Origin: Kondoa subrosea
Taxonomy: Eukaryota
Assembly: GCA_039545335.1 (NCBI GenBank)
Contig: BCIN01000001.1
Location: 2,483,136-2,547,135 of the forward strand
Direction of reading: 5' to 3'
DNA: 64,000 nucleotides
Shown: in pieces, positions 1-13,002 of the stretch
Layout of the letters: each line of letters starts with the position of its first letter
Position numbering within the stretch: the first letter of the stretch is position 1
The notes under the pieces: model-generated
The model's input: the letters and a program-made list of their open reading frames with translations, nothing else
Databases searched by the model: none
What the model was told of the DNA's origin: nothing
Program-made: the position numbers and the translations under genes

Positions 1-34
1 GCCTAATATCAAGATCACTTCCGCATACCCGAAG

Positions 35-1786
35 TTGGATGGCCTTCCTTCGCAATCACCTTTGCGCAAAGCATGGATAGAAGCACTTGCATCTCTATCG
101 ATCGTGGCAGGAGAACAGCTCAAGAAAACTTTCCTTCCTGATGAGCTAGAATCGTATCAAGGCATTCTGGGCACAGGCATTACTACAATCGAAGAAGCTC
201 AGCGATTACAAACCTATCTGGATTGCGTGGCTTCTCAAGGATCGTGGATTTATGATCCGCAAGGCANTCTNTTCCCTGATGCNCATGGTGGATTGACCGT
301 TCATAAGCAATCTGGGAACTTTGCTACTTGCGATAAGAAGTACTACAAAAGTCGCGATCCAATTGTGACAAACAGGACAGATGGNGNTTGGGATGTNCGC
401 GAGAGTTTGAAATATCGCTGGNNGGCTTCTAAGACATGTTTCAAGAATTTACCTAAACACGTCAAGTCCAACCCGACCTCTGGCCTGCCTTCGCGCATCT
501 CTCTTTGTGATCTTCTTCGTCACAAATACATACTCTTGGTCGGAGATGCGCCTTCCCAATATTTCTTGCATGATGTTCTTTTGGATTGGGCAAACACCGA
601 TGCAAAGAGTTGTTATGGTGATTCATATTGTGCGGAGCATGGTTTATGTGGAACATGGTCTTTACAGAAGGGAGCTGGAGATTGGNATAGCGATGATGCT
701 ATCTTTCATCGATTACCGGATCCTCCAGCTCAGTCAACCAAAGTAGCANCAGAACCCAAATCAATACATCATTGGGGTCAAACCAGCAACAATAACAATA
801 TCAATAAACGCGCCCTGCTATTGACTGTTTAGACCCGTGAGGAAAAGCCGCCTGCTTTGTCACATTCAGATGTTCTGGACGCACGCAGGCAATACTCTAC
901 AATCCTTCGCTACAGAAGATCAGATGGTCTCTTTTTGGACAGCACACCTGCTCATCCCGCTCTTGATCCTGTCCATTTACACGAAAACACCCAAGTGCGA
1001 GAAATCAATAACTTTGCTTTGGCTGATGTCCGAAGATCTGATATTGTCATTCTCGCCAAAGCTCCTCTTCCATTACCTGCCGAACCTTATGGACAAAAAT
1101 ATAGCTGGATTGAGAAAGTAGAAGATCCGAAATTGTCTGGTGAACAGCAAGCTCTTTTGATTCTACAAGCCGTAGTCAAGATGACGGAAGAGATTTGGAT
1201 ACCTGAAATGCTGAGCGCTTTAGTCAGGACAAGAGTTGGTGCCAGAGTGGCTAATTTGATAATTTGGCGAGGTGGATGGAGAATTCAAGCGGAATGCTCT
1301 ACAGCCACAGAAGAAGACTCGGACTGGTGGTCTTCGCCTGGTGATGGTCCTCCTCCTTATCTGCAAGATGTTTCTTTGCAGCGAATTCTATTTCCCTCAA
1401 ATTCTACAACAAAGAAACCACGTATATCAGATATTGGTTCTCTTTTCTACAATCTTCAAGCAACATTGCAGAATCATTTAATGAGAACTTCAATCCTTCC
1501 TCAACTTGGGATGCCCTACCTTGACATGGAAACACCGATGAGCGTTTGGCGATCTGGTATGGTTGGCGGTTCAGCGTACAAGCCAGGATCGTCCTCAGAC
1601 GGACCTACTTCTCCCTCGTCAAGGAATTGCTTGCAACCTTGTATTCCATCAGCTGGTATGTCTGTTGAAGAAGCCTTCATTGGAGGTTTGCATCGGGTTC
1701 TAGAATGGGCTTTCGAAGGAGAAGGTAGAGAAGGTGTATGGGTGGGCAAGGAATATGTTCCCACAAGAGTGAGAGCGAAGGACTAG
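35..1786 (+). CDS. PC-esterase/TBL-like (SGNH-fold) protein, 5' end outside the window; catalytic motifs look degenerate
   Basis: ORF 35-832 joins ORF 857-1786 through a probable intron ending at AG 831-832. Motifs C..QGSW, KYRW..C, LLRHKYILLVGDA (GDS-like) and C-terminal NCLQPCIP (DCxHWCLP-like). Confidence 0.5.
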
Positions 1787-1861
1787 TAATACAGCATACG
1801 CGTTTCTATCTGTAGTATGTTTCTACATCTATATACTTGAAGTCGGATACTGATACAAGAT

Positions 1862-4800
1862 TCAGAAGAGCATATAATTCTGCGTCAAAGGCAGTTCAGT
1901 CGCTGGTCCAACAGTCGCATGTTTGCCATCCGCCGTCACAACGTAGGTTTCAGGGTCCACAGTGATTTTAGGAAGACTCGTGTTGTGCTTCATCGACTTT
2001 TTCGATATGTTCCGGCAGTTCTTCACAGCTCGAGCCGGCTTCTTGAGCTTGTATGAATCGAAGACGCCTGTCAAAGCCTTAGTTTTCAAGATCGACGATA
2101 ATCAGCAAGACCGACCTGAAGAAAGAGATACTGCAGAAACAAAGTTGAAGCTTGTCAGAGAGGCGGCGCTTCCCGTCATACCCCATGACGGACGCCCGAT
2201 CACTGGTTGTACAGTCGGGATGGACTGCTTATGAATTAGCCCTGTGTCGTAAGGGAGGCACTTCATTTCTCACCGCATTAGCTTCTCCCATCTATTGCTT
2301 TTCATTAGCCTGTGTTGCGCGAGGTCTCAGCGCAGCTCTCACCTGAGTCCAAGCTACAAAGCCGCCTTTGATGACTTGATGCGGTCGCTGACCGAAATCG
2401 CAAGGCCGCCAAAGGACCAAGTCTGCTAATTTCCCGACAGCGACGTCGCCAACAATATGCGAGACACCGTGGACAATAGCTCTGGAGCATCTTGAGCATC
2501 TTGACACTGCATACATCAATGCGAAGACTTACGGGTTAATAGTGTACTTCGATATATATCTCTTGACTCGATTGTTGTCGTCCGTTTCAGAGTCTTCCGA
2601 AAGCGGTCCAGTGAAAGTACGCATCTTCGCTGCCGTTCGCCTGTTCTTGATCAGTTGAAGTAGGCGCGACTCGAATATACCACCTACCATGTGCGAGACA
2701 CGACCTCGCCAATCCGGCCTTTGCTCATAGATTAGAAGATCGATGCATATATAGATATCAAGGCATACCCATAGCTTGGCTGTCAGAGCTGATCATCGAG
2801 ATAGCTCCGGAGTCTTGCAGCACCTTGCAATAACCGCCTCAGCACAGTTCATACGCAAACAATAGTATTGCGTACATCTTCAGAAGCGACGGTCTCAGCG
2901 CGAATACGAGACTCGGCGAAGGCGATGTCTTCCGGAATCGAGCGACTCAAGTGATGACAAACCATCAACATCTGCTGCCACTTTAGCAAGTCATCTAGCA
3001 CGAATACTTCACATACATCCAGATGCTCATCAAGCGTGTTCTTGCAGTACGGCCGAGTAGGATTTGTAGATGAAGGGAGAACATTCTCTTGACCACAAAC
3101 CACGATGATATCTAGGGCGGAAATTAAGCAACATCAGGAGCTCAAGTAGAGAACCAATCTACCTGGTGCATGACCTCCTCCAGCGCCTGCTCTAACTTCA
3201 GCGAGTTTCGTAGAAAAGTGACAGTGACAGACCTTCACTGTGATAAGTATGAATAGTGCGACCTTTAAAGGCAGCGATCGTATCTGCATCCGATGTGAGC
3301 ACTGTAAGTGATACTTGTGTCCCAATTGACCTTCGACGAAGCCCGACTCATTGAGAGTATCGGTATGAATGTTACACTGTGAGAGTTTCAGCCAAGATTA
3401 CCGATCACTAACCGTGGACTGACCTGAACGTCGTACCTATCGCACACAGTGAGACAATTATCTATAGTCGAAGGTGTAGTTCCCCAATCTATGGAGCTCA
3501 TCCATTAGGACATTTCGGCTGTTGTTGAACGGATGCATACCTTCGTGTAGCTTCAATCCGGCAGCACCAGCACGAATGATGTCTTCCAGTCCTCCAGGTG
3601 CACTATCATTGCCTTTGCCAGTGATCAAGATGTTCATTGGAAAATCATCCATTGCTGAAAACATGCGCTCCATGTCGGTTTTCGAAGGAGTACATGTTGT
3701 TGCTGAAGTGCCTGCTACTGGTCCAGTACTTTTTCCAATTGGTAAGTGGGAGTCAGAATAGTGACAATAACGTCTTACCCGCCTCCGACCAATGTCGTGA
3801 TACCAGAAGCCAAAGCTTCAGTCAGGAGTTGAGGGCAGATATAGTGCACGTGCGCATCGATCGCCCCAGCTGTCCTACGATGAGCGAAAGATATGAGCAT
3901 AAGCAAATGCTCTCGGGATTAAGTCTGAGTCTTACAAGATCATGCCTTCACCTGCAATCGCTTCTGTGGTCGATCCTACAATCAAATCTGGATGTACACC
4001 AGCCATGACATCTGGATTCCCTGCTTTCCCAATCGCACAGATGTAGCCTTTCTTGATTCCAATATCTGCCTGCTCCGGGGTCAAATAAGGATTGGGACAG
4101 ATATATATCTTTTTACCTTGTAGATTCCAGACCAGTCAAGGATCAGAGCGTTCGTGATGACTTGATCCAAGCAATCGTCATCTCTCATTCCAGTAGCTTG
4201 TCCCATTCCTTCTCGGACAGTCTTCCCTCCACCTTTGACGATACCGTATTCAGCAAGATACTCTTGGAAACGTATGAGCGCTCACCAAACTTGAGCTCGT
4301 CACCAAAGACAGTCAGATCTTTCTCTACCCGAATCCAAAGATCTGTGTCTCCCAATCGAACGCGATCTCCCGTAGTAGGACCAAACATTGAAGCATAACT
4401 TTCTCTAGAGATCTCAAAGGGTCTGATCTGATTTGATTGCTGACTTATTTGAGAAGATAAATGAGCGAAACCATTTCCAATCAATTTGGCTATAACTTGA
4501 TCTCTCTCTTCATCCGTCGAATCGAAATTTAAACCAGTACTGATCTTGTTTCCTCCAGTCACTCTTTTCTTGCCCGCTATTTCAACCAGAACGACCGAAC
4601 GAGTTTCACCAGGTTCGAATCTAACTGCAGTACCGGCAGCAATATCAAGTCTTTTGAACAAAGCGAGTTTTCGATCGAAAGATAATTCGCGATTGACTTC
4701 GCTGAAATGATAATGACTTCCTACTTGTATAGGTCGATCTCCTTTGTTAGTAACTTGAATTTTGACTCTTGGTCGATCAACATTGATTGCTATAGGTCCC

Positions 4801-5457
4801 GCGGAACGAGATACTTGAACAGCTCCGGGAGCAACTAAATCCACTTCTGCTTCGACGGAAGGAAAGAGAGTTGGAGCAGGTAGTGGGAAGAAAGTACCAT
4901 AGAGAGCGAGTTCAAGTGTAGAGACATTTTCTGATGAAACAGGTTCGTGTCTGTTCACACTGTCAGCTAACTCCTTCGTTCTTATGAGTAAATCTGTACA
5001 TACACTGTTACCAGGAATGTACCGTCTGGAAACGTTCCCTCAACCATAATCTCATGCAACAAAGCAGGTACACAAGGCAGAACATGTCTGCGGCCTAGAA
5101 TCGTTTTGCCAATAGACATAAGTTGGGCGACGGAATGTTTTCCATCACGAATCTAATCAAGTTATTGTGTAAGAAGATGGATCGATATAGCACTTTCCTA
5201 CTAACCAATTCTTGCAACACGGTAGCAATGAGCGCTGTGGCTTCTGTGACATTCAACCGAACCCCTCTAGCCAAACGCTTTTGAGCGAGAGAGCCGGCCT
5301 AAGTAGACAGGCATAGGTATGAATATGGAAGAGAGATAAGGAAAGATAAGAGGGAAACAGACAGAATGCAAGAGTAGCTTGTCGATTTCTCGAGGTGACT
5401 GATGCAGAATGAGATCAGTGCAAACGCATCTAGTAAGCCGGAGCGTACGAGATGCAT
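1862..5457 (-). CDS. URE1: Urease (fused gamma-beta-alpha, multi-exon)
   Basis: [14 protein letters not shown] start; [66 protein letters not shown]-terminus [10 protein letters not shown]. Confidence 0.97.
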
Positions 5458-5579
5458 TTCGTGAGCAGCCTAGCCCTTTCTATATTTACGCAAAGTCGCT
5501 TGTTCGCAAAGAACCACTACACACGCGAAATGATTCGCTCGACGTCGTGATCTACACCTTCTGTACCTTACGCAAGTCA

Positions 5580-7426
5580 ATGATCAACGCCAGGACAGCA
5601 TCGCTGACAGCACTTTGCGTTCAGTAAGTGTCTTTTGTTTACATTTTATGCGCAGAGTTTTGTGCTGAATGGGTTTCTCTTAATGAAGCTATGCCACTCT
5701 CACTCTCACGATTCACGCTAGTCGAGTCAACACGGCACAAGAGACGCGGTACAAAGCTTCAAGCGCTGTCCTGTTGACGGAAACTGGCAAGGCATTGATC
5801 TCCCTGGTTCTCGCTTTCATTGAGCTGGGATCTCGCGCAAGAGAGACTCCCGTCCGGTCTGGCTACGATACCCCACCAATATCTGAGCAGCAAGAGAAAT
5901 CCTTCCTTTCATCTGGAGTTGGCCTGGGCATTATAGAAGACCAGAATGATTCGCCCGATAGGACTGTTCTGGAGAAATCCCACGGCAGAAGACGCTCAGC
6001 TAACCAGAGTCCTCAGACATCAAGACACGCCCACAGCAGATCTACATCGCTCAAGATCATTCCCTCAAGTCCCGATACCGTAATTCGTCAGCCTGCTTAT
6101 CCACCGCACTCGACGGATCTCTATATCAATCAACAGTCTGAAGAAAACCATCAACTTCTAGATATTGATCCTGAAGAGAACAATGAAGAATCATCCAGTT
6201 CAAGCCAGTCTTCGTTTCGGCAAGTGTTTCAGCAAGTCTTTGCTGGGAAGTTCTACAAGCTAGCCTTACCAGCTGGACTGTTTGCACTGCAAGGCAACCT
6301 TCAGTATTTGGCAATAAGCAATCTGAGTGCACCAGTATTTCAAGTGACTTCGCAATTAAAGGTAAGACAACTTCTTCCGTTAAGTGTTTAATGCTGAAAA
6401 GATACTTCAACAGATTCTTACAACCGCGATATGCTCGGTCTTGATTCTTCAGCGGCATCTCTCCGCTCAGCAATGGCTCTCTCTGTTTATTCTGGCTCTT
6501 GGCGCCGGTATCGTTCAACTTCAAGCTTTAAGAGAAACTCTACACACAGCACTTCCCTCAATAAACCCCATGACCTCGAACACAACAACCACACCATCAT
6601 CTACATTCACTCTTCCCGCTCCATCATCAAACGCCTTTCTTGGTTTTTGCGCAGTATCCCTAATGTCGCTATCCTCCGGATTTGCAAGTATTTACTTTGA
6701 AAAGATACTGAAATCCCTTGCTACGCCAATGCCACCAGCTTTACCTTTCTCTTCTCCTCTGCCACCTCCGCCATCTACAAGTACAACAACAACACAAAAC
6801 GCAATGAAGGAATCTTATTCCAAACCTCCTCAACTAACACCTATCTCTCTACCAATCCCATTACCCAATCAAGAACCAAGCGAACCTGTCAGCCTTTGGA
6901 TCAGGAACATTCAATTGAGCATGTTTGGGCTACTGTTTAGCGCTGCAATGTGTGTAATAGAGAGCAATCAAGATTCTTGGGGATCAGATCATCAAAGGTT
7001 TAGGACATTGAGCGAACTGCACAATGGTTTTCTTGAGGGCTTTACCGGTATTGTTTGGGTCGTCGTTGGTTTGCAGATCGTGAGTAAACATGGTTCACGC
7101 CTTCGTCTCTGCCTGATTCCTTTGTCAACACGCAGATTGGCGGTCTATTAGCTGCACTGGTGATGAAGGTTCGTTTGCTTCCAAGTGTTGTTACCTCAAA
7201 AGCGCTGAGCTGTCGTATTGGATTCTAGTACGCTGACAACCTAGCAAAGAATTTTGCAACCAGTCTTTCCATTATCCTCAGCTTCGTAGCATCTATGGTT
7301 CTCTTCGACTTTGTTCTCACTTATGAGATCGTTTTCGGAAGTTCATTAGTCATTGGCGCTACCATTCTTTTCAACAGTCGAAATCAAGACCTCGCTGCTC
7401 TCGTTGGTTGGTCTTCACCACGTTGA
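5580..7426 (+). CDS. Nucleotide-sugar transporter, SLC35A (UDP-galactose-like)
   Basis: KLALPAGLFALQGNLQYLAISNL..FQVTSQLK, SGFASIYFEKILK, SLWIRNIQL, KYADNLAKNFAT; multi-exon. Confidence 0.85.
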
Positions 7427-7638
7427 TCGCCAACTATAGATTTACACCATTCGAAATTTTCAAGCAAGAGTCACTCGTATCGTTCAATTGTATAGCATAG
7501 TTCGGCTCGTTTCTGTACTAAGCATTGCATCATTATTTATCAGAGCACAACCCTGCTATTAACACGGCCTAAAAAAAAAGGAGGAAAATCTACTAAATGG
7601 ACTGTCCGTAATGCTCGATGTATCTATATTTACAAAAG

Positions 7639-10600
7639 CTACCGCCTTGCACCAGGCGGGAGTGAAGGCAGCGTGTCTTTCAGAGTAGGGGATTGAGGCA
7701 CCATGACTGGCGAAGTAGCGGAAAGAGACGGTGTAGCTTGAGATGACCGTCTTGTCCTGTTTACTTCCTTGAAACCGGTCGATGAAGCCACAGGCCCATC
7801 ATCGCGAAGTGATACACCGCCAAAGCGTGAGGCAATAGATGAACGTTCTGGTCGCATTGATTGACCCGGTCTTGGTGACTGTTCGCCTTCTGAAGACTGC
7901 TGGTCCATCAGGTTTTGTTCTTCAGGGGTTCGTGGGCCTTGCGAGCGGCCACGATGATAGACAGAGAGATCAGGAGAGGACGGAAGAATGCCTCGCGAAT
8001 CGTCTTCAGATCCGTGAGGAGGTGTGTGTTCAGGAGGAGTAACAGCGCTATAGTCTGAAAACCGGTTGGGACTGCCTCGAGATGAGACTGCAGCCAATGG
8101 TGCCGGAAGTTCCAGCTGTGTGACACTGTGACGATTATAAGAAGAAATTACTGAAGCTTCATCGCCAAATGGACCAGAAGAATGATGAGGCAGAAGAGGT
8201 GGGTTGATGGGACCGCGCAGGACAGCGTGATGATCTTGAGAATAACTTGGGTTGGAGTAGCCTGTTTCCGACGCTGCAAAAGAGAAATTAGCGAATTGAT
8301 ATGCCAAAATAGCAGTACACACATGATCCAGCACTCAAGCGATGACCATCGTAGTCCTTCAGCGGCTGAATATCGCGCATGACTTCATAAGTTGACTCCC
8401 GCGAGTGATGATTGTTGTTCAGCTTCCATCGTCGTTCCCTCTCGAATTCAGCCCATCGCTTCATCACGATATGTGTGGAGTCAAATTCGCCTTCCTTGTC
8501 GCCATGATCGTCTCCTTTGTCTCCTACGATCTTACGCGTCTGACCCCAGGAGCTTTAAAAGGCATGTTAGATAATACTATGACGACAGATTGTTGCACTT
8601 ACAAGTCATCCATGTGGAAGTAGGCGTATGCAGGTACTGTGCTGTCTTTTAGCATGCTGTTGTCAAATCGCACATATCTTTACGCACAGACAGCATTCCA
8701 GATTGGTAGCGATAGAAGATAGATCATCATCCTGCCAGCGTAAAATCAGCGAGTGGATAAGTTTATGAGATGTGTACAAACCATCCTACGTAGGCCAATC
8801 GCCGCGACGTCAACACGATCAGACAACCAGGTAAGCCAAGAATGATAGCTAGAAGGATAAGAGGAATAATAGGCTTGACTGTTCCAGGTATGATGGTCAC
8901 AATCTAGACGACTATTGAGTTTGCGCTTGCACACGACAAGTACACGAAGCTTACAATGAGATACAGAGTGAAAGCAATAGCAGCGGGCAAAACAAGTGTA
9001 CCAACGAGTTCCATGAACTGAGCAGTTCATCAGCGGGCGAATAACAAAAGCAAAGTCAGACTCACCACCACGAACTGCATCGAGAAACAGAACGTTCCAC
9101 AAAGATCTCGGACGAGTACCAATTCGAACAAGTTGTGAATAGTCGAATTGATCCATCTTCGCCTTTGCGACAAAAGAACTCGGAAAGTGTCTGGTACAAC
9201 CGTTTTGCATACAGCTTGCGGGCAGAACATATTCTTGCGGCGAGGGAAAGTCTTGAGGAGTAGAGTAGTCAAGTATCGATCTTCACCCAACAAGAGCAAG
9301 TTCTTCTTATGTAAAGTGTCCACGACATTTTCAGAATAATGTTCAACGATATCTGGATTGGCCAAGATGGGAACCCAGTAGTTGTCGTTACCTTTAGGTG
9401 ATTTGATTCGATACATGCTGAAGCAACCTGGGAGACATGTCACACCGCCAAATGTTGCTTCAAAGGCTTTTGTCAGATGATGGGAAATGTAGTATTCGAA
9501 GACTGTTTGAAAATTAATCAGCTTAAGCAGTAGCAACCTGAAGTCAGGTTTACCCTGAATCATAGTGACCCAAGTCTCAGCTTTGTTGGCGATCTTTGTC
9601 TCTCCGCAAAGACCCATGATCTCCGGATCACGAACCATGCAAGCGGTCATTCGAGAAAGCGAATCGGGGAAGACCTTGGTATCGGCATCCACCATAAGAC
9701 AGATTTGGTAGTTATCGGGACTAACGCCAGTGCATCGCCACCAGGAATTGAAGAATTCGTAGTCGAAAGTAGTCATTCGCTCATCAAACATGATCTTCTG
9801 AAGGAAACTCATTAAGAGCACTTGAGAATCTCGCTTTCCTCTATTTCCTGGCTTTGCATCATGTGCTTCTAGCGGATTACCGACTTTGGCGACCAAAATC
9901 ATTGGAACTCTTTGCTGCTTTGATGCTTCTATAGTTTTGTCGTCATAGGAATAGAAACCAGCATAGACCTTTGCCAAATTATGTCGCTTGTGCCCATCAG
10001 CGATAGCAACATAGGAATGACCGTCCACCTCTTCTGGTGGGATGACGAATTCCTTCATCATGGTCAAGCAAATTTCTGGAGTTGTGAGGTTGTTTCCGGA
10101 ACCTTTGACCATGCCATCTGCGATGACAAGAAGAACCTTGTGCGAATTTGGGTAGTCCGTGGTAGCCAGTGAATCCAAAGTCGTTCTCAAGCCTTCTACC
10201 GATTCGGAATACGCTGTAACGAGAAGAATGTTGTGCGTTAGAGGGAAGTTGAAAGGTTCATAGTCTGCTGGAGGCTGAGGTATACAGTTGTGAAGGGGCC
10301 AAGGACACGAGCTGGCCGGCGAGCCAAGGTCCGACATTGATGACACGCGAGACTCTTTACCAATGGGCTGAAGGAGCTGTTAGGACGTTAACATTATCTT
10401 GAGCTGGAAACTCACTGATGTAAAGCCAAGCGAGCTGGAGCTACGTGATTCCCTATCCAGGCCTCCAGGAGATCCAGGAGGTGAGTTCTTCATCGACATG
10501 CCTTGAAATTTGACGATGCCAGATGTTTGCGAAGCCATATTGCCACTTGTTCTGGGTGAGTACGCTCCGTAGCTGGATATCCGATTGCTAGATGTAGCCT

Positions 10601-12587
10601 GCTTGCCAGTCTGTTGCTGCTGTTGGAAAGCGGCACTACTGAAGCGACTTTTGGTAGGCAGCATGCTCTTGCGAGCGTTTGGACGATACCGTGCTGGCGC
10701 AGGTTTGTAGATATCCGAAGTCCAGTTCTCAATTTCTGCTGCTCTAGCTCTTCTTTGGTCGTACGTCTCTTTCGGATAACCTCCAATCCGCCATGATAGG
10801 AACCAACCGAAACCCACTGCCAAAGCAAATTTGATGAAGACGACACCAATGATGAAGACCAACGAGACGTAGAGAACGATGTCGGCTGCTATACAACCCA
10901 CAGTTTTGCTGTCGACAAAGCCGACTCGAACGATATCGCTCAAACAGTCTACCAGATCTGTTTGTTCATCTCTGACAATCTGCATAGTGATGTCTCGACC
11001 GCGATAATTGTCGTCTCCTCGAGCAAGCTGTGTAAAGAAGGCTGGGATATTGACTTGTGTTGGACTGAGCCAATTAAGAAGGTCGAAATCCAAAACAGAT
11101 CTGTGGAACGAGTAAGTCGGGAGCGTTTGGGAAGCAAACACGCCTTACGATTGGAAGACAGCCAAGTTGCGACTGCTATTCCGAATATCATCCCACAGGT
11201 AATACACTGGACCCTCGCGCTTCATACCCAAAATTCGCTCGTTTGTGGCATCGGAGAACTGTTGACGAGCTAAATTCGAAGTATGACAAAGCTCTCCCGT
11301 CGCATAGCCGGTCAAGTTGGTAGAACTTGTGCCGAACTGATTGTACATGTTGCAAGGGAAATACCATCCCATTCGGAGACCATCTGTCGGGATACCAGTA
11401 GTGGCAGAAGGTGTGAGTATACCGTAACATTTCTGATTGACTTTTTGAAAGAGAAAGGAGCCATCCATACTGCCTGCGTTGAAATCGGAAAAGAGGGGAT
11501 TCGAGTTTTCTTGTATGCCTGCTGCGCCAGGATGTTGGAATCGATCCATAGAGTAGTCGTATCCGTGAAAGATCATAGATCCGCCTGGAACGGTTCCTTG
11601 TCGATATCTTGTGGCTTGAGTTCCGCAGACAGCTTGAGTAAAGCCGAAAGTAAGGAAACCAACAGCTGCCATCAGACCAAAGATGATAGATAGCAGACCA
11701 ACTTTCTCTCGCCAGGCGCTTTGTCTTTCCTTTGTTTTCAGGCCTGACGCGCAAAGATAAGCACAGGCCTAATTGCGTTAAAACAACTTACCCATTTTCT
11801 TCAGCAATACACTTGGAAAGATCGCTGTGACTGTTTTGTAGTAGATCGTCCATGCACCAGGTGGTCCCTTTTTGGATTTGGGCATTTGCTCAAGTTCTTC
11901 TGTGCGACCTGCTTTTCCTCTATTCCGCCGTATAGTAGCTCCACGCTTCAGAATTGCTTGACCACTGTCTACTCCAACATCTTCTTCTCTTGCCAATATA
12001 CTCTTCCCCCTGCGAAGGGGCATTGGTCTCGCAGCAGAAGAAGTTGGATCGTCTCGACCTAAAGCATGATAGGCAGCTGAATGCGATGGTGGTTCCAGAC
12101 CGATACCAGCTTGAGGATAGTTTCCTGTCGCGCTAGGGCCAACGACACCAGTACCATCCATTTCCATTGCTGCCGCATGGTTGCGGTAGTTCCACAAGCG
12201 ATGTCCAGGATCAATGCGCTCGCGATCTGGGCGGACCAGTGACTTCTTTCGCTTAACATCGACTTCTCCGTGTTGCGCAGATGTATTGATATTACTGTTA
12301 CGAGGTAAATCCTGGCCAAACGAAACCTGAGGTCCGCCTGTGGAAGTACCGGGTCTTTGTTGTTGGTTGTGAAGTATCGGAACATTAGGAGAGTCATCCA
12401 AAGTGTCATATTTTGAGGAGGACGCCTTGTAATTGGACTCCAAAGTCGCTGTGGAACGTGAAGAAGAAGTTTGAAGGTGCAATGGAGCTCTTTGGCGTTC
12501 CGGTCGATCTGCAGATGGTACGAAAGCACCAGAAGCTGGCTGCTCGCGCGCAGGCCTGTTAGGGTCTTGATAGCCTGACGATGCCAT
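7639..12587 (-). CDS. Chitin synthase, class IV (Chs3-like)
   Basis: [53 protein letters not shown]-terminal [14 protein letters not shown]. Confidence 0.95.
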
Positions 12588-13002
12588 GCTTATTGAGAGT
12601 GTTTTTCAGGCGAAGCGTTGGACCGAGCAGTTGTTGCTCAACTGATGTGTGCTGCCTGGATAGACCCTTTGTGATGCTCACTACGCTTGCAGCATTCAAA
12701 GTATATAGCTCTTGCTCTAGAGATGTAGGAAAAGAAAGGAGAGTAGGTTTTCTTGCCAATTCTTGCGACCTGCAATACGGCCGGGTTCTGTTCGTATTGC
12801 TGTGCAGTGTACGACAGAGTGTGTATCTATCTATGTTCTATACAGGGTATCAGTCGCTAAGGATATGCGGTTTTTGTCGACAACGGGCAGAAACAACGCA
12901 GTTTAACATGTGGCTAACTTGAACTGGAGTGGCCGTCTTGCTAAATAATACATACAGTACTGAATAGATGGATCAATTACAATTACAACACAAGCAATTC
13001 CT

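Noticed and set aside
267..750. Cluster of N bases in the first gene
   Set aside because: Isolated single-base ambiguities that keep the frame; most simply heterozygous or low-confidence consensus calls.
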